43,844 nucleotides of DNA from Methanobacteriaceae archaeon (GCA_003558085.1 PWMT01000080.1:1-43844); one strand, 5' to 3'; positions 1 through 11,228 are shown, counted from the stretch's first letter. The notes: generated from the sequence alone by a model not told the origin. Numbers and translations are program-made.

Positions 1-170
1 AAACAGATCCCTTGATGATTATAACTGCCATCTGCATGTACGTTATGCGGCAGGATAACTCACAAAGAGGTGACATTAGATATTCCAATGATTTTATTAG
101 CAAAGTTGGAGTAACCAAGGACATATATAATCATATTAGTGAAAAAATCGAAGAATTTCAAAATTCCTAG
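1..170 (+). CDS. 3' end of a hypothetical protein (partial, begins before the window); weak resemblance to a TFIIB/cyclin-fold helix
   Basis: Open frame from nt 3 to TAG at 168-170: [55 protein letters not shown], followed by a T-run. Confidence 0.55.
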   Translation, partial: TDPLMIITAICMYVMRQDNSQRGDIRYSNDFISKVGVTKDIYNHISEKIEEFQNS

Positions 171-802
171 TTTTTGATACGTAGCTCTATATAGTGATGG
201 TAAAAATATTAACTTTTTCTTTTTTAGATAAATTATAAAAAATTATCAATGATCTTTTTTTTATTGGTTTATCCCATCTCTTATAAAATTAATTTCTGCT
301 TTAAATTTAGTATTTAAACTAATAATAAAAAATTTTGGCTTTAATTTAGCAGTTATTCTTTTAAAACTAAATAACTGACCAGAAAAAAATTTTGCGAGGA
401 TATTGTAGTTTAAAACAATCAACCCATAATCTTATTTTCTAGTAAATCACTAATAAATTAAAAAAACTTCTTAAGTTTCTTTTTCTAATGATTTCACTAA
501 TGTTGTTATTTTACTAGGGATAATTTAATCCTCTCCCATTCCATCAGGTTATCTTTAATGGGAGAATTTAATGGTACTCGTGGAAATTCTATTGGGTTGT
601 ACTCTGATACCTTAATTTGATTCTATTTGCTAATAGTACTTCTAGAATGATTTTTATCTAATATTAAAATATTCTAATGCCCCTTGCATTTTCTAAATAT
701 TTTTAAGGTATTTAAAATAATTTTACTTTGATATGGTTGGTTATAATAATATAGTTTAGGGGAATTGTTTAAAATGAAGGTATTATATTATAATTATAGT
801 GG

Positions 803-1795
803 ATGTTTCTTATGAAAAAAATAATTTTTATTTCTAGTGAAGATATTAAAGGATCTTTAAACTTGGAACTAACCATAAACAGTGGTCAAACCTCTCAACC
901 TTCATGGTTTGGTAATGGAAATCACTTTCAGGAACTTTTAATAACTGAAAATCAACCAAATTTGATAAATTTATTCCAGGATGATCTATACGGTCCATTG
1001 AAAATTGAAATTGAATCTAAAAGTGATATCAATCCTGAATTTATAATTAAAGATATTAGAAGCATATTTGATTTGGATTTTAACTTGCCTGCATTTTATG
1101 ATTTTTTAAGTGAAGATCCTAAACTTTCACCTACCATTGCTTTTTGTAAAGGATTAAGACTATTTAAAGCCCACAATAACTTTGAATGTTTGATTTCATC
1201 TATATGTTCAGCTAATAATTCCATTATACGTTGGAATCGGTCTCTAAGGGCCATGCGTGAAAAATGGGGGGATGGCTATCTATACTCCACAGGGAAATTC
1301 TATACCTTCCCATCGCCTTACACTATATTAAATTTACCAGAACATGAAATAGAAGAGATGGAACAATGTGGCGGTGAAAAAAACTTAGAAGAATGTATAA
1401 ATAACCTTAAAGCATGTGGGGTGGGTTATAGGGGTAAATACATGAAGCAAGCTGCAGAACTAGTTAGCTATAACTTGGATCTAGATAAATTAGCCAGGCT
1501 GAAGTATGATGACGCTTTCCACCATCTCCTCGAAATTCCAGGTGTAGGTCCTAAAGTGGCAGATTGCATATTATTATATGGCTATGGAAAAGGAGAGGCT
1601 TTTCCCACCGACGTATGGATAAAAAGAATTATTTCACACCTTTACTTTGAGGGGCGGGATGTACCTGTCCATAAAATAAGGGAATTCGGTCAAGAACGTT
1701 TTGGAGAATATGCAGGTTATACTCAACTTTATCTTTTCCATTATGCTCGAAAATCAGGACTTTTGGATAAATTAAAATTATTTAGAAAAAATTAG
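803..1795 (+). CDS. ogg: 8-oxoguanine DNA glycosylase/AP lyase (OGG1-like, HhH-GPD family)
   Basis: N-terminal LELTINSGQ, FECLISSICSANN, GVGYRGKY, HhH motif IPGVGPKVADCILL with catalytic Lys, FPTDVW catalytic Asp, C-terminal YAGYTQLYLF. Confidence 0.9.
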   Translation: MFLMKKIIFISSEDIKGSLNLELTINSGQTSQPSWFGNGNHFQELLITENQPNLINLFQDDLYGPLKIEIESKSDINPEFIIKDIRSIFDLDFNLPAFYDFLSEDPKLSPTIAFCKGLRLFKAHNNFECLISSICSANNSIIRWNRSLRAMREKWGDGYLYSTGKFYTFPSPYTILNLPEHEIEEMEQCGGEKNLEECINNLKACGVGYRGKYMKQAAELVSYNLDLDKLARLKYDDAFHHLLEIPGVGPKVADCILLYGYGKGEAFPTDVWIKRIISHLYFEGRDVPVHKIREFGQERFGEYAGYTQLYLFHYARKSGLLDKLKLFRKN

Positions 1796-1818
1796 GTCAA
1801 TTTTAGGGAGATGTTGCC

Positions 1819-2433
1819 ATGGGAAAACTAAGAGAAAACGTGCATAAATTTTCATCCATCTCCCAGGAATATTATCTAAAAACACTAAAAATACTTGAAG
1901 AAGAATACTGTTGGAAGTGCCCCCAACGTGTTAATCTTGATAAAACTAATTGTCAAAAAATTGAAGCATGGATACGGCTCAACTTAGCTTTAGAAAATGG
2001 TATAAAAACTTCCCTAAAAGAAGATCAAATTATTAATCTGGATCTTCTAGTAGTCAAATATCTACAAAAAAATATGAAGAAACTACAAAGAAGTATAAAA
2101 TATGATGAAATATCTATAATAAAGCTTAAAGAAAAAACAGAGCCTTTTAAAGAAAAAAATAATTTTTTAATGATAAACAGAAATCCCAAAACGGTTAAAA
2201 TCAATGATATGGTACTTTTACCGCAATACTGTCCACTCTCCACTTACTGGTTTTCTAGAATGAAATTAATAGGCTCAGTTCCATTTAAATTAAAGCGAGT
2301 CAGCGATATTTTCAATAAAAAGGATATTAAATTAATTGAAATAAACGAAAAAACCGTTATTCCATTTGATTTTATATTGGGGGTAGTGATTAAAATTTTA
2401 GATAAAGATGATCCGCTAGTGGATTATTTTTAA
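1819..2433 (+). CDS. Hypothetical protein; N-terminal CxxC-x9-C motif and possible degenerate peptidase S24/S26-like C-terminal domain
   Basis: 204-aa ORF with a GGGAG RBS, 23 bp after ogg; contains CWKC...C, KINDMVLL, KLKRV and IPFDFILGVV. Confidence 0.7.
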   Translation: MGKLRENVHKFSSISQEYYLKTLKILEEEYCWKCPQRVNLDKTNCQKIEAWIRLNLALENGIKTSLKEDQIINLDLLVVKYLQKNMKKLQRSIKYDEISIIKLKEKTEPFKEKNNFLMINRNPKTVKINDMVLLPQYCPLSTYWFSRMKLIGSVPFKLKRVSDIFNKKDIKLIEINEKTVIPFDFILGVVIKILDKDDPLVDYF

Positions 2434-2638
2434 GTAAAAATATCATTCTTGGTAATTTCGTTTAGAAAGGAATTTGAGCTAACTTATACCTTAATAACTC
2501 CTATTATATAATAATAGGGCCTATTACAACTAAAAATTTGTTTTCAAGTTAACTTACTCATCTTATAACTAATAATTTCATCATAAGTTTTTTACTTTAT
2601 CTTTAAAAATTATAATATCACTGAAAATGAACATTTAA

Positions 2639-3355
2639 CTAAGGATTACGTGTTTTGATCTTTTGGATGGCCTTTTTTAATGCATTTTCATATCCTTGAG
2701 ATTCTCCCTTTGAGTTATTCAGCGCAGATTTAAGATAGGGAACGACTGACTGATCTCCAATGTTTCCAAGAGCGTTAGCTGAATTAATTCTAACAAAATA
2801 GTCTTCATCATTTAATGTACCCACTAAAGACATGATTGCTTTATCACCACCAAGTTTACCTAGCGATATTACTGTACATGCTCTTAAAAGATAATCTTTT
2901 TCATTTAATATGTTTATCAATGGTTCCACCGCTCTATTATCCCCTAAATTTCCTAAAACATCGACAAAATCACATTTAACATTTAAACATCCATCTTTTA
3001 AAGCATTAATAATAGGTTCCACGGCTCGTTTATCTCCTATTAAACCTAGAGATATTGCTGCTATTTCCCTAACATGCCAGTAATCATCTTTTAAGAGATT
3101 TATTAATGGATCAACAGCTCTTTTATCACCAATTCTTCCCAGAGCTAACGCTGCAGATTTACGAACAGACCATATCTTATCATCCAAATTTTTTAAAAGT
3201 GCCTCAACCGCATCTTTATCACCCACATCTGCTAAAATATAGGCGGCTTTACTTTTAATCATAGGATCTGAATCTCCTAAAGCATTTATCAACCCGGTGA
3301 TATTATTATCATCCCTCATTTTTTCCAATTCTTCATCTGAAAAGATTTTAAACAA
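2639..3355 (-). CDS. HEAT-repeat (PBS lyase-type) protein
   Basis: About six ~31-aa repeats of the form VRxxAAxALGxIGDKRAVxPLIxxLxD. Confidence 0.9.
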   Translation of the reverse strand: MFKIFSDEELEKMRDDNNITGLINALGDSDPMIKSKAAYILADVGDKDAVEALLKNLDDKIWSVRKSAALALGRIGDKRAVDPLINLLKDDYWHVREIAAISLGLIGDKRAVEPIINALKDGCLNVKCDFVDVLGNLGDNRAVEPLINILNEKDYLLRACTVISLGKLGGDKAIMSLVGTLNDEDYFVRINSANALGNIGDQSVVPYLKSALNNSKGESQGYENALKKAIQKIKTRNP

Positions 3356-3731
3356 CCCCCAATGCTATCATAAAACTATTTATCAGCACTAAATTTTATT
3401 GATAAAAAATAAATTTAGATAAAAGACCAGCATAGATAAATAATCATAAACCAGAACCTAGAAGTGATATTACAATATTTTAATTATTAATTATTAATAC
3501 TATCTTTTAATATACAATTTTGGCAAACATCAAATTTAGTGCGAGGGTTTGGTATATGGTTTGAAGAGAATTTTATAGCATTTTTGCTAACTATCAAGCC
3601 ATAAACTAGTCCCTTTATAAGTCCAATTCTTAAAAATAATAATTTATTCAGGATTAACTATAGTATCTTATTTATATTTCCTAAAAATTATATATTTAAT
3701 TAGTTTAAGCAATCTAATTAGAGGTTATAAG

Positions 3732-4274
3732 ATGGTAAAAAACCAGAATTTAACTGATGAAAATTTAATGCAGGAAATAAATGATCTCCATAATAAAGTA
3801 TCTCAAATGATAACTGAATCTTCTCTTAAAGATATTTCCGATCTTATTTTAGAGGAAGCCACTCGAATGACCCGGAGTAAATACTGTTATGTGGCGTTTG
3901 TAGATCCAGAAAATAAGGACAGTGTTGGAATCTCATTTTCTCATCTTACCCATTGGTGCCAGGATTATGAAGATATGGGGGAAGCTAGATTTAAATTTAA
4001 AAATGATGGTACTTATGGTGGCCTTTTAGGTTATTCATTGGATACTGGGGAGTCTTTTTATACTAATGATCCGGTTAACCATCCTGTAGCCCATGGCATA
4101 CCCTCGGGACATGAACCTATTCACCAGTTTCTATCGGTGGCAGTTAAATATGATGATGATATTTTAGGCCAGATTGTTCTAGCCAACCCAAAAAAAGATT
4201 ATTCTGACCTTGAATTGAATATTGCTGATGAATTAGCTAGTATTTATGCCCTGGTTTTAAAAAAACTACTTTAA
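3732..4274 (+). CDS. Stand-alone GAF-domain protein
   Basis: GAGGT RBS; GAF signatures [58 protein letters not shown]. Confidence 0.85.
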   Translation: MVKNQNLTDENLMQEINDLHNKVSQMITESSLKDISDLILEEATRMTRSKYCYVAFVDPENKDSVGISFSHLTHWCQDYEDMGEARFKFKNDGTYGGLLGYSLDTGESFYTNDPVNHPVAHGIPSGHEPIHQFLSVAVKYDDDILGQIVLANPKKDYSDLELNIADELASIYALVLKKLL

Positions 4275-4309
4275 AAATAATTTAATTAATTTTTTTAGAA
4301 AAATTCTTA

Positions 4310-4735
4310 TTATTCCTCAATCACTTGAACTCTCTTCATAACATCGTTCTCATCAATAGCATAAACCACATCCATGCCTTGGGTAACTTTACCAAATACA
4401 GTATGTACTCCATCTAAATGTGGCTGAGGGGAATGGGTTATGAAAAATTGACTGCCTCCAGTATCTTTTCCTGCATGAGCCATAGACAATGCTCCTTTCA
4501 CGTGTTTATTGGGGTTAATTTCACATTTAATAGTATAACCTGGACCACCAGTTCCATCTCCTTTAGGACATCCACCTTGAATCACAAAATCTGGGATAAC
4601 CCGGTGAAAAGTAAGACCATCATAAAAGCCCTTATTGGCTAACTTTTCAAAATTGGATACGGTATTAGGTGCATCTTCTTCAAATAAAATCAGTTCTATA
4701 ACTCCTTTTTCGGTTTCAATAATAGCTTTTTTCAT
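4310..4735 (-). CDS. Cyclophilin-type peptidyl-prolyl cis-trans isomerase
   Basis: [32 protein letters not shown] and LDGVHTVFG. Confidence 0.97.
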   Translation of the reverse strand: MKKAIIETEKGVIELILFEEDAPNTVSNFEKLANKGFYDGLTFHRVIPDFVIQGGCPKGDGTGGPGYTIKCEINPNKHVKGALSMAHAGKDTGGSQFFITHSPQPHLDGVHTVFGKVTQGMDVVYAIDENDVMKRVQVIEE

Positions 4736-4915
4736 ATTATCACTTACTCTTAATTTATTTAAGTATTTTTAGCAATTAAATGCTAATATTTTATGGGTTA
4801 ATTCCAATAAATAATTATTAAAGCAGTGCTCATGTAATATTAGAAATAATCAATATAGAGTAATTTAAGATTATTTTATTTAAATATTATTTCCATTTTT
4901 TTTTCAGGTGATGGG

Positions 4916-6091
4916 ATGAATACTCAGGAAATCATAGACTTAGATAAAAAATTCGTCATGCAAACTTACGGTAGACAGAATCTGGCTTTATCCCACGGTA
5001 AAGGATCAGAAGTATGGGATGTTGAAGGAAAATCATATTTGGATTGCTTCGCGGGAGTGGCGGTGAATAACTTAGGTCATGCCCATCCTAAAGTATCCCT
5101 GGCTATTTGCCATCAAGCACAAAGAATGATACACTGTTCTAATGTTTATTATACTCAAGAACAAGTAGAATTGGCCCAATTATTAACCCAAATCTCTCCC
5201 CATGATAAGGTATTTTTTGCCAATAGTGGAGCTGAAGCCAATGAAGGAGCCATTAAATTAGCTCGAAAATTTACAGGTAAAGGAGAGATCATTGCCACTG
5301 AAAATTCTTTTCATGGCCGGACTCTGGCCACAATAACCGCAACCGGACAAGATAAATATAAACTACCCTTTAAACCATTACCTCCCGGCTTTAAACATGT
5401 TACTTATGGAGACATCGCAGAGTTGTCATCCTCCATCACAGAAGATACTGCCGCTGTAATCTTAGAACCGATTCAAGGAGAGGGCGGAGTTATAATTCCT
5501 CCTGAAGGCTATTTAAAGGATGTAGAGAATTTATGTCATCAGAATGATATTTTATTAATAATGGATGAAATACAGACTGGTTTTGGAAGAACAGGTACGA
5601 TGTTTGCTTCAGAGCACGAAGATGTACAACCAGATATAAGCACCATAGCCAAGGCCATGGGTGGCGGATATCCTATCGCTGCAGTTTTAGCTAATTCGGA
5701 TGTAGCTCAGGCTTTTCAATCTGGTGATCATGGATCTACTTTTGGGGGCAATCCTTTAGGTTGTGCAGCTGCTAAAGCAACTATAGAGGTAATTATGGAT
5801 GAAAATCTGGTCAGAAAATCTCAGGAAACGGGGGAGTACCTTATCCAAAATTTAGAAAGATTAAAAGCTAAATACTCTTTCATTAAGGAAATACGGGGCA
5901 GGGGCCTTATGATAGGTATTGAAATTGACCAGGATTGTTCAGATATAGTTAATCAAGCATTTAAAAAAGGTATTTTAATAAATTGCACAGCAGGTAATGT
6001 TATACGATTATTACCTCCTTTAGTGATAAGTCTAAGTCAACTGGATAAGTTAGTGGATATTTTAGATGAAATATTTAGAGAAATGTCGTGA
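4916..6091 (+). CDS. argD: Acetylornithine aminotransferase
   Basis: Class III PLP aminotransferase: [50 protein letters not shown]. Confidence 0.93.
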   Translation: MNTQEIIDLDKKFVMQTYGRQNLALSHGKGSEVWDVEGKSYLDCFAGVAVNNLGHAHPKVSLAICHQAQRMIHCSNVYYTQEQVELAQLLTQISPHDKVFFANSGAEANEGAIKLARKFTGKGEIIATENSFHGRTLATITATGQDKYKLPFKPLPPGFKHVTYGDIAELSSSITEDTAAVILEPIQGEGGVIIPPEGYLKDVENLCHQNDILLIMDEIQTGFGRTGTMFASEHEDVQPDISTIAKAMGGGYPIAAVLANSDVAQAFQSGDHGSTFGGNPLGCAAAKATIEVIMDENLVRKSQETGEYLIQNLERLKAKYSFIKEIRGRGLMIGIEIDQDCSDIVNQAFKKGILINCTAGNVIRLLPPLVISLSQLDKLVDILDEIFREMS

Positions 6092-6210
6092 TGCTAATAT
6101 TAAAATAAATTATTTACTATCTGTATTTAGAGCATTTGCTTAATAATTATACAAGATACGAAAATAATAAATTAAAAAAAGGATATTAGAACCTTTTAAT
6201 TACTTATTCA

Positions 6211-6615
6211 CTATTCTAGAGAATGGTGTTTCAGGAAACTTTCCATCCAATTAGCTAGTTTTAAAGTAGGTATCTTATTTACTTTAATCCATTGATATTG
6301 TTCATGTTCATCACTTATTCTAAGTTTTCCTGAATTCACTTCTACTAGCAGAATAAGGTGTAGTGAATGACGATGGCCATGTTCCTGTTGAGCCACCCCT
6401 ATGGCTTTTTTAAGTGTGATATTTAATCCGGTTTCTTCTTTTATTTCTCTAATTAAAGCTTGATCGAAGTCTTCTCCGATTTCCACTTTACCTCCTGGAA
6501 GCTCCCAAAGGCCAGGATTACTGCGGGAGTGGATGGAACGCTTTAACATTAATATCTTATCTTTTTCATCTTTAATCAAAGCTCTAACCACTAATTTAAA
6601 AGGTTTAGTTCCCAT
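6211..6615 (-). CDS. NUDIX hydrolase (MutT-like)
   Basis: Nudix box GGKVEIGEDFDQALIREIKEETGL; start placed at ATG 6615 behind an AGGAG RBS. Confidence 0.9.
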   Translation of the reverse strand: MGTKPFKLVVRALIKDEKDKILMLKRSIHSRSNPGLWELPGGKVEIGEDFDQALIREIKEETGLNITLKKAIGVAQQEHGHRHSLHLILLVEVNSGKLRISDEHEQYQWIKVNKIPTLKLANWMESFLKHHSLE

Positions 6616-6791
6616 TATATCTCCTGAGTAAATCTTAATCAAATAATTATTTTTATTTTGGAATATAGCAATATTCTTTCATTTAATTTGAATTTTTTAG
6701 TTTTAAATCCTTTTAGAATTTTTTCTAAATATATATATTAAGAAATTTAAAGATTTAATATCTTCTAATTTATTATTCTGGAGGATTTTAT

Positions 6792-8078
6792 ATGGGCTTT
6801 GATTTAGATATTAACGAAAAAGGACATTTAATGATTGGTGGAGCAGATACTAATCAAATAGCTAAGGATTATGGAACTCCTTTATATGTTATGGATGAGA
6901 ATAAGATCCGGGAAAATTACAGAAAGATTTATCGGGCTTTTTCCAAACATTATGCTGATTTTCAGATATTCTACGCATGCAAAGCTAATACTAATCTGGC
7001 GATTATGCGCATTTTAGAAGAAGAGGGTAGTGGAATTGACGCGGTTTCCCCTGGAGAAATATACATCTCTTTATTGGCTGGATTTGATGCAAATAAAGTA
7101 TTGTACACGGGAAATAATATAAAAGACGAAGAAATGCGCTTTGCCTTGGACTCGGGAGTTAGAATAAATGTGGATTCTATTTCTCAATTGCAACGTTTAG
7201 CTAAAATACCAAATACGGAGGGTTTAAAAATATCCTTTCGGGTCAATCCCCTGGTGGGCGCCGGGCATCATGAACATTGTATCACTGGTGGAGAGATGAG
7301 TAAATTTGGAATTAAAGAAAATGAAGCAGTAAAAGCATATAAAATGGCTCAAGATTTAGGTTTCGAACCAGTGGGAATCCATGCTCATATAGGTTCAGGA
7401 ATACTGGAAAGTGAACCTTTCATGCTGGCGGTAGAGACCCTCATGGATATAGCTGGAGAAATATATCAGAATACTGATATAGAATTTGAATTTATTGATT
7501 TTGGTGGCGGTTTAGGCATTCCTTACCATCCTGATGAAAATGAATTAGACTTGGAAAATTTTGCCTGGGAAATTACTGGATTATTTAAGGAAAAATTGGA
7601 TTATTATGGATTGGGAAAGCCTACTATGTGTTTGGAACCAGGTCGTTATATTGTCGGTAATGCTTCTTATCTTCTAACAAAAGTGAACACGCTTAAAGAG
7701 AGTTATCGAAAATTTGCAGGAGTAGATGCAGGTTTCAATACTCTGTTAAGACCTTCCATGTACGGTTCTTATCATCATATAATAGTGGCAAATCGAGCAC
7801 ACGAAGCAACAGTTGAAAATATAGATATTGCGGGTAATGTTTGTGAATCTGGAGATTTATTTGCCCGGGATCGTCTGTTACCTAGACTTAAAGAAGGAGA
7901 TTTACTGGCTATAATGAATGCGGGAGCATATGCTTTTTCTATGGCTTCCCAATATAATTCAAGACCCCGTCCAGCTGAAATATTGATCAAAAAAGGTGAT
8001 GGCGAAATAATACGGGAAAGAGAAACATTTGCTGATTTACTAAATAAACAAATTCTCCCACCGAGGCTGCTTAAATGA
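6792..8078 (+). CDS. lysA: Diaminopimelate decarboxylase
   Basis: YACKAN PLP lysine, SKFG, HAHIGS, DFGGGLG, EPGR, CESGD, GAY and YNSRPRP. Confidence 0.97.
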   Translation: MGFDLDINEKGHLMIGGADTNQIAKDYGTPLYVMDENKIRENYRKIYRAFSKHYADFQIFYACKANTNLAIMRILEEEGSGIDAVSPGEIYISLLAGFDANKVLYTGNNIKDEEMRFALDSGVRINVDSISQLQRLAKIPNTEGLKISFRVNPLVGAGHHEHCITGGEMSKFGIKENEAVKAYKMAQDLGFEPVGIHAHIGSGILESEPFMLAVETLMDIAGEIYQNTDIEFEFIDFGGGLGIPYHPDENELDLENFAWEITGLFKEKLDYYGLGKPTMCLEPGRYIVGNASYLLTKVNTLKESYRKFAGVDAGFNTLLRPSMYGSYHHIIVANRAHEATVENIDIAGNVCESGDLFARDRLLPRLKEGDLLAIMNAGAYAFSMASQYNSRPRPAEILIKKGDGEIIRERETFADLLNKQILPPRLLK

Positions 8079-8947
8079 CTAAAAAAACCATTTTATTTTC
8101 TAAAATGCATGGTCTGGGCAACGATTACATCATAATAGATGAAACTCAATCAGAATCTATTAGTGAAGATAAAAAGGCAAAAGCAACAGCTGAACTTTGC
8201 CGCAGAAGATTTTCTGTGGGCGCTGATGGAGTAATATTTGTTCATCCACCTCAGGGAGAGGGTGATATACGTTTCCGTATATTTAATGCTGATGGAAGCG
8301 AAGCTGAGATGTGTGGTAATGGCATCCGCTGTTTTTCTAAATTTGTATATGACAACTGGTTAATACGCCAGAAAATCATGTCCGTGGAGACGAAGGCCGG
8401 CATTAAAACTGTGGAATTAACTATTGATAATGATCAGGCGGTAGCCATGAAAGTGGATATGGGGCTTAGCTCCTTTAAAACAGATCAAATACCCATGGAT
8501 GTAGTAGAAGATGAATTTATAGATCAATATTTAAGAGTGGATGATCAATCTTTTAAGCTAACTGCTTTAAATGTGGGTAATCCCCACGCGGTTGTATTTG
8601 TAGATGATACTGATCAGGTGGATTTGGATAAGTGGGGCCCAGCAATTGAAAACCATCCAGTTTTTCCTCAACGTACTAATGTCCATTTTGTGGAAATATT
8701 ATCTTCTAAGGAAATTGTCATGATTACCTGGGAGCGAGGAGTGGGTCCAACTCTAGCATGTGGAACCGGAGCCACAGCATCTGTAATTGCGGGAAATAGG
8801 CTGGAGAAATTGAATGAAAATGTACTGGTCCATCTTCCCGGAGGAGAACTGGAAATTGAAATTTATGAATATGAAAAAAGTATAGGTTCTCTTATGAAAG
8901 GTGACGCCATTTTAGTATTTGAAGGAATTTTACTTATGAATCTTTAA
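8075..8947 (+). CDS. dapF: Diaminopimelate epimerase
   Basis: [47 protein letters not shown] overlap with lysA. Confidence 0.97.
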   Translation: MTKKTILFSKMHGLGNDYIIIDETQSESISEDKKAKATAELCRRRFSVGADGVIFVHPPQGEGDIRFRIFNADGSEAEMCGNGIRCFSKFVYDNWLIRQKIMSVETKAGIKTVELTIDNDQAVAMKVDMGLSSFKTDQIPMDVVEDEFIDQYLRVDDQSFKLTALNVGNPHAVVFVDDTDQVDLDKWGPAIENHPVFPQRTNVHFVEILSSKEIVMITWERGVGPTLACGTGATASVIAGNRLEKLNENVLVHLPGGELEIEIYEYEKSIGSLMKGDAILVFEGILLMNL

Positions 8948-9259
8948 AATTAGAATAATTTAACCACATATTTATTTTAAGTTAAAATCTTTATTAAAAA
9001 ACTTTAAGGGTAGGTTTTAATTCAGTTATAATTCTCTAAATCTTAGAGTTTTTTTATAAGAAAACCAATCTATAATGAAATGATTCTAGTTTCAAAAAAA
9101 AATTCAGCAACTTAGATTTTTTTTTAAACATTAATTAATCTTAGTTTAATCTATTAAGTTTTCAAAGTAAATTTTTGTTAGCAAGAATTATTTTTTTTTA
9201 GATATTTCTATTAAAAATATTTAAAAACCTTGATTTACAATAATTAATGAGGGAAAAAT

Positions 9260-9931
9260 ATGAATCAACAACTTAAATGGGACTATTTCGACCATGGCCT
9301 GGATTACTTTGATGAAGAGGAATATGAAAAAGCCTTAAAATACTTTGAAAAAGCGTTAGAAATTGCCCCGGGTTTTGAAAATGCAATAGCTTACAAGTCT
9401 TTTGTTATTACAGAACTAAAATCATTAGAAGAGTCACTAGAATATATTGATTTGGAATTGGAAAAATATCCTGATTATGAGTCTCTTTACTTTTTAAAAG
9501 CTAGTCTACTATCAGATTTGGGTCGATACGCTGAATCTAACTTTATATTTGATTTGGCTTTGGAGAAGGGATTTGATGCGGATCTCACCTATTTCGGCCG
9601 TGCTTATAATTATTTCGGTCTTAAAGATCATAAAAACGCAATAAAATATTTTAAAAAGCATTTAAATTTAAATCCAGATGATTTGGAGTCATGGAGCAAG
9701 TTTGGATATTCCTTATATATTTTATCTGATTTGGAACAAGCATTGAATTGTGAAAATAAAGTTATTAAAATAGACCCTGAATTTTATTTACCTTATTTTT
9801 ATAAAGGAAAAATATTTTTAGGGATTAAAGAATATGAAAAAGCTCTTAATTGCTTCCAGAAGGCCCATAACCTAAACCCTGAAGATGAGGATATTAAACA
9901 TTATTTAAAAAAGTTGGAAAATAATATTTAA
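9260..9931 (+). CDS. Tetratricopeptide-repeat protein
   Basis: Repeated 34-aa TPR units (YEKALKYFEKALEIAP, YEKALNCFQKAHNLNP). Confidence 0.9.
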   Translation: MNQQLKWDYFDHGLDYFDEEEYEKALKYFEKALEIAPGFENAIAYKSFVITELKSLEESLEYIDLELEKYPDYESLYFLKASLLSDLGRYAESNFIFDLALEKGFDADLTYFGRAYNYFGLKDHKNAIKYFKKHLNLNPDDLESWSKFGYSLYILSDLEQALNCENKVIKIDPEFYLPYFYKGKIFLGIKEYEKALNCFQKAHNLNPEDEDIKHYLKKLENNI

Positions 9932-10022
9932 TTCTTTTAGATTTCCATCACTTAAATTCTAATATTCTTTAAAATAGATAAAATTAGAATAGCATAACTA
10001 TTATATAATAAGGAGTAATATT

Positions 10023-10991
10023 TTGACAGTTAATCAAGCTAAGAAACTTTATAAAAAGGGAAGCGAACTCTTAATACAAAAAAAATTTACAGAAGCATTA
10101 AATTATTATCGTGAAGCAGTTATAGCCAACCCATCTTGTCTGGAAGCTCATTTAGAAATGGGTTATCTTTTAGGCGCCATGGATAAATATGAAGAAGCCT
10201 TAAAATCTTTTGAAGATTCTTTAAAGATAGCTAATTCTTTTTTAGGATTTTTTGGTAAAGGTTTAGCCTTATTCTTCATGCAAAAACATGAAAAGTCAGT
10301 ACAATCTTTTATAAGAGCCTTGGAGTTCGGTGAAAATGAGGATGTATGGTATTATTTGGCTAACTGCCAATTTTTAGATAATGAAGTGGAACAGGCCATT
10401 AATTCTTTTAATATAGCCATTTCTATAGATCATGATTTCATAGAAGCATGGAATGATAGAGGCGTGGCCCATAGTATACTGGAAGAACATGATCAAGCTC
10501 AGGAATGTTTTCAAGAGGCACTAAAAATAGATTCCCAGTATCTTCCTGCACTTTATAATTTAGGTGCCACCTTAGTAGATAGTGGCCAATATGAACTAGC
10601 ACTAAGATACCTGGATAAAGTAGTAGAACGAGATGAGAGGAATTTTAAAGCTATTTTCTATAAAGCAAATGCATTATATTATATGAAAAAAATAGATGAA
10701 TCCATAAAATATTTTAAAAAAGCATTAGAGCTGGATAAATTCCAGGGAGAATTATGGAATTATCTAGGATATGTGCAGCATAATATAGGTCTAAAATACG
10801 AAGCTTTAGAATCGTTTAAAGAAGCTATATATATCATACCAGAAAATATTTCATTAAATTTAAATTTAGCTCATTTATATTTTGATTTAGGCCAAAATCA
10901 TCAAGCATTGGAATATTTTGAAAGAGTTTTGGATCTGGATCCTGAAAATGAAGAGGCTCAGATTTCTAAAAAGCTACTCCTAGATACTTAA
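10023..10991 (+). CDS. Tetratricopeptide-repeat protein
   Basis: About nine TPR units (AWNDRG, ALYNLG, ALEYFERVLDLDPEN); TTG start after AGGAG. Confidence 0.9.
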   Translation: MTVNQAKKLYKKGSELLIQKKFTEALNYYREAVIANPSCLEAHLEMGYLLGAMDKYEEALKSFEDSLKIANSFLGFFGKGLALFFMQKHEKSVQSFIRALEFGENEDVWYYLANCQFLDNEVEQAINSFNIAISIDHDFIEAWNDRGVAHSILEEHDQAQECFQEALKIDSQYLPALYNLGATLVDSGQYELALRYLDKVVERDERNFKAIFYKANALYYMKKIDESIKYFKKALELDKFQGELWNYLGYVQHNIGLKYEALESFKEAIYIIPENISLNLNLAHLYFDLGQNHQALEYFERVLDLDPENEEAQISKKLLLDT

Positions 10992-11121
10992 AATAGGTAG
11001 TGAGGTTTATCTAGTAAAGCTAGCAAGTTTAAAACTTAATATATATAAAATTCCTAAGCAAGATTAGCGCCCAAATAAAATAGTAATAAAACAGGTTCTC
11101 TTAAAAAAAAAGGATTTACTT

Positions 11122-11228
11122 ATGAAGCCATTATTTATGGTGCCGGTTAGATATTCTCTTTAATTGTTATTAAACTTGTACTGAGACCATGATCGGGGAT
11201 AGCTTATATGTTCCTAGCTTTGCTTCAT
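11122..11228 (+). other. Candidate structured RNA (or a decayed gene remnant) between convergent genes
   Basis: Closing stem ATGAAGC/GCTTCAT encloses two further stems and is followed by a T-run. Confidence 0.2.

Noticed and set aside
532..565. Inverted repeat TCTCCCATT/AATGGGAGA and a short protein-like minus-strand frame in the long first spacer
   Set aside because: A single 9-bp stem with no other support; the frame has no start codon and no recognisable motif.
11136..11220. TPP riboswitch call (GGTGC, CTGAGA, TGATC)
   Set aside because: P4 and the conserved 3' GCGnAGG segment are missing and there is no downstream same-strand gene; kept only as an unassigned RNA candidate.
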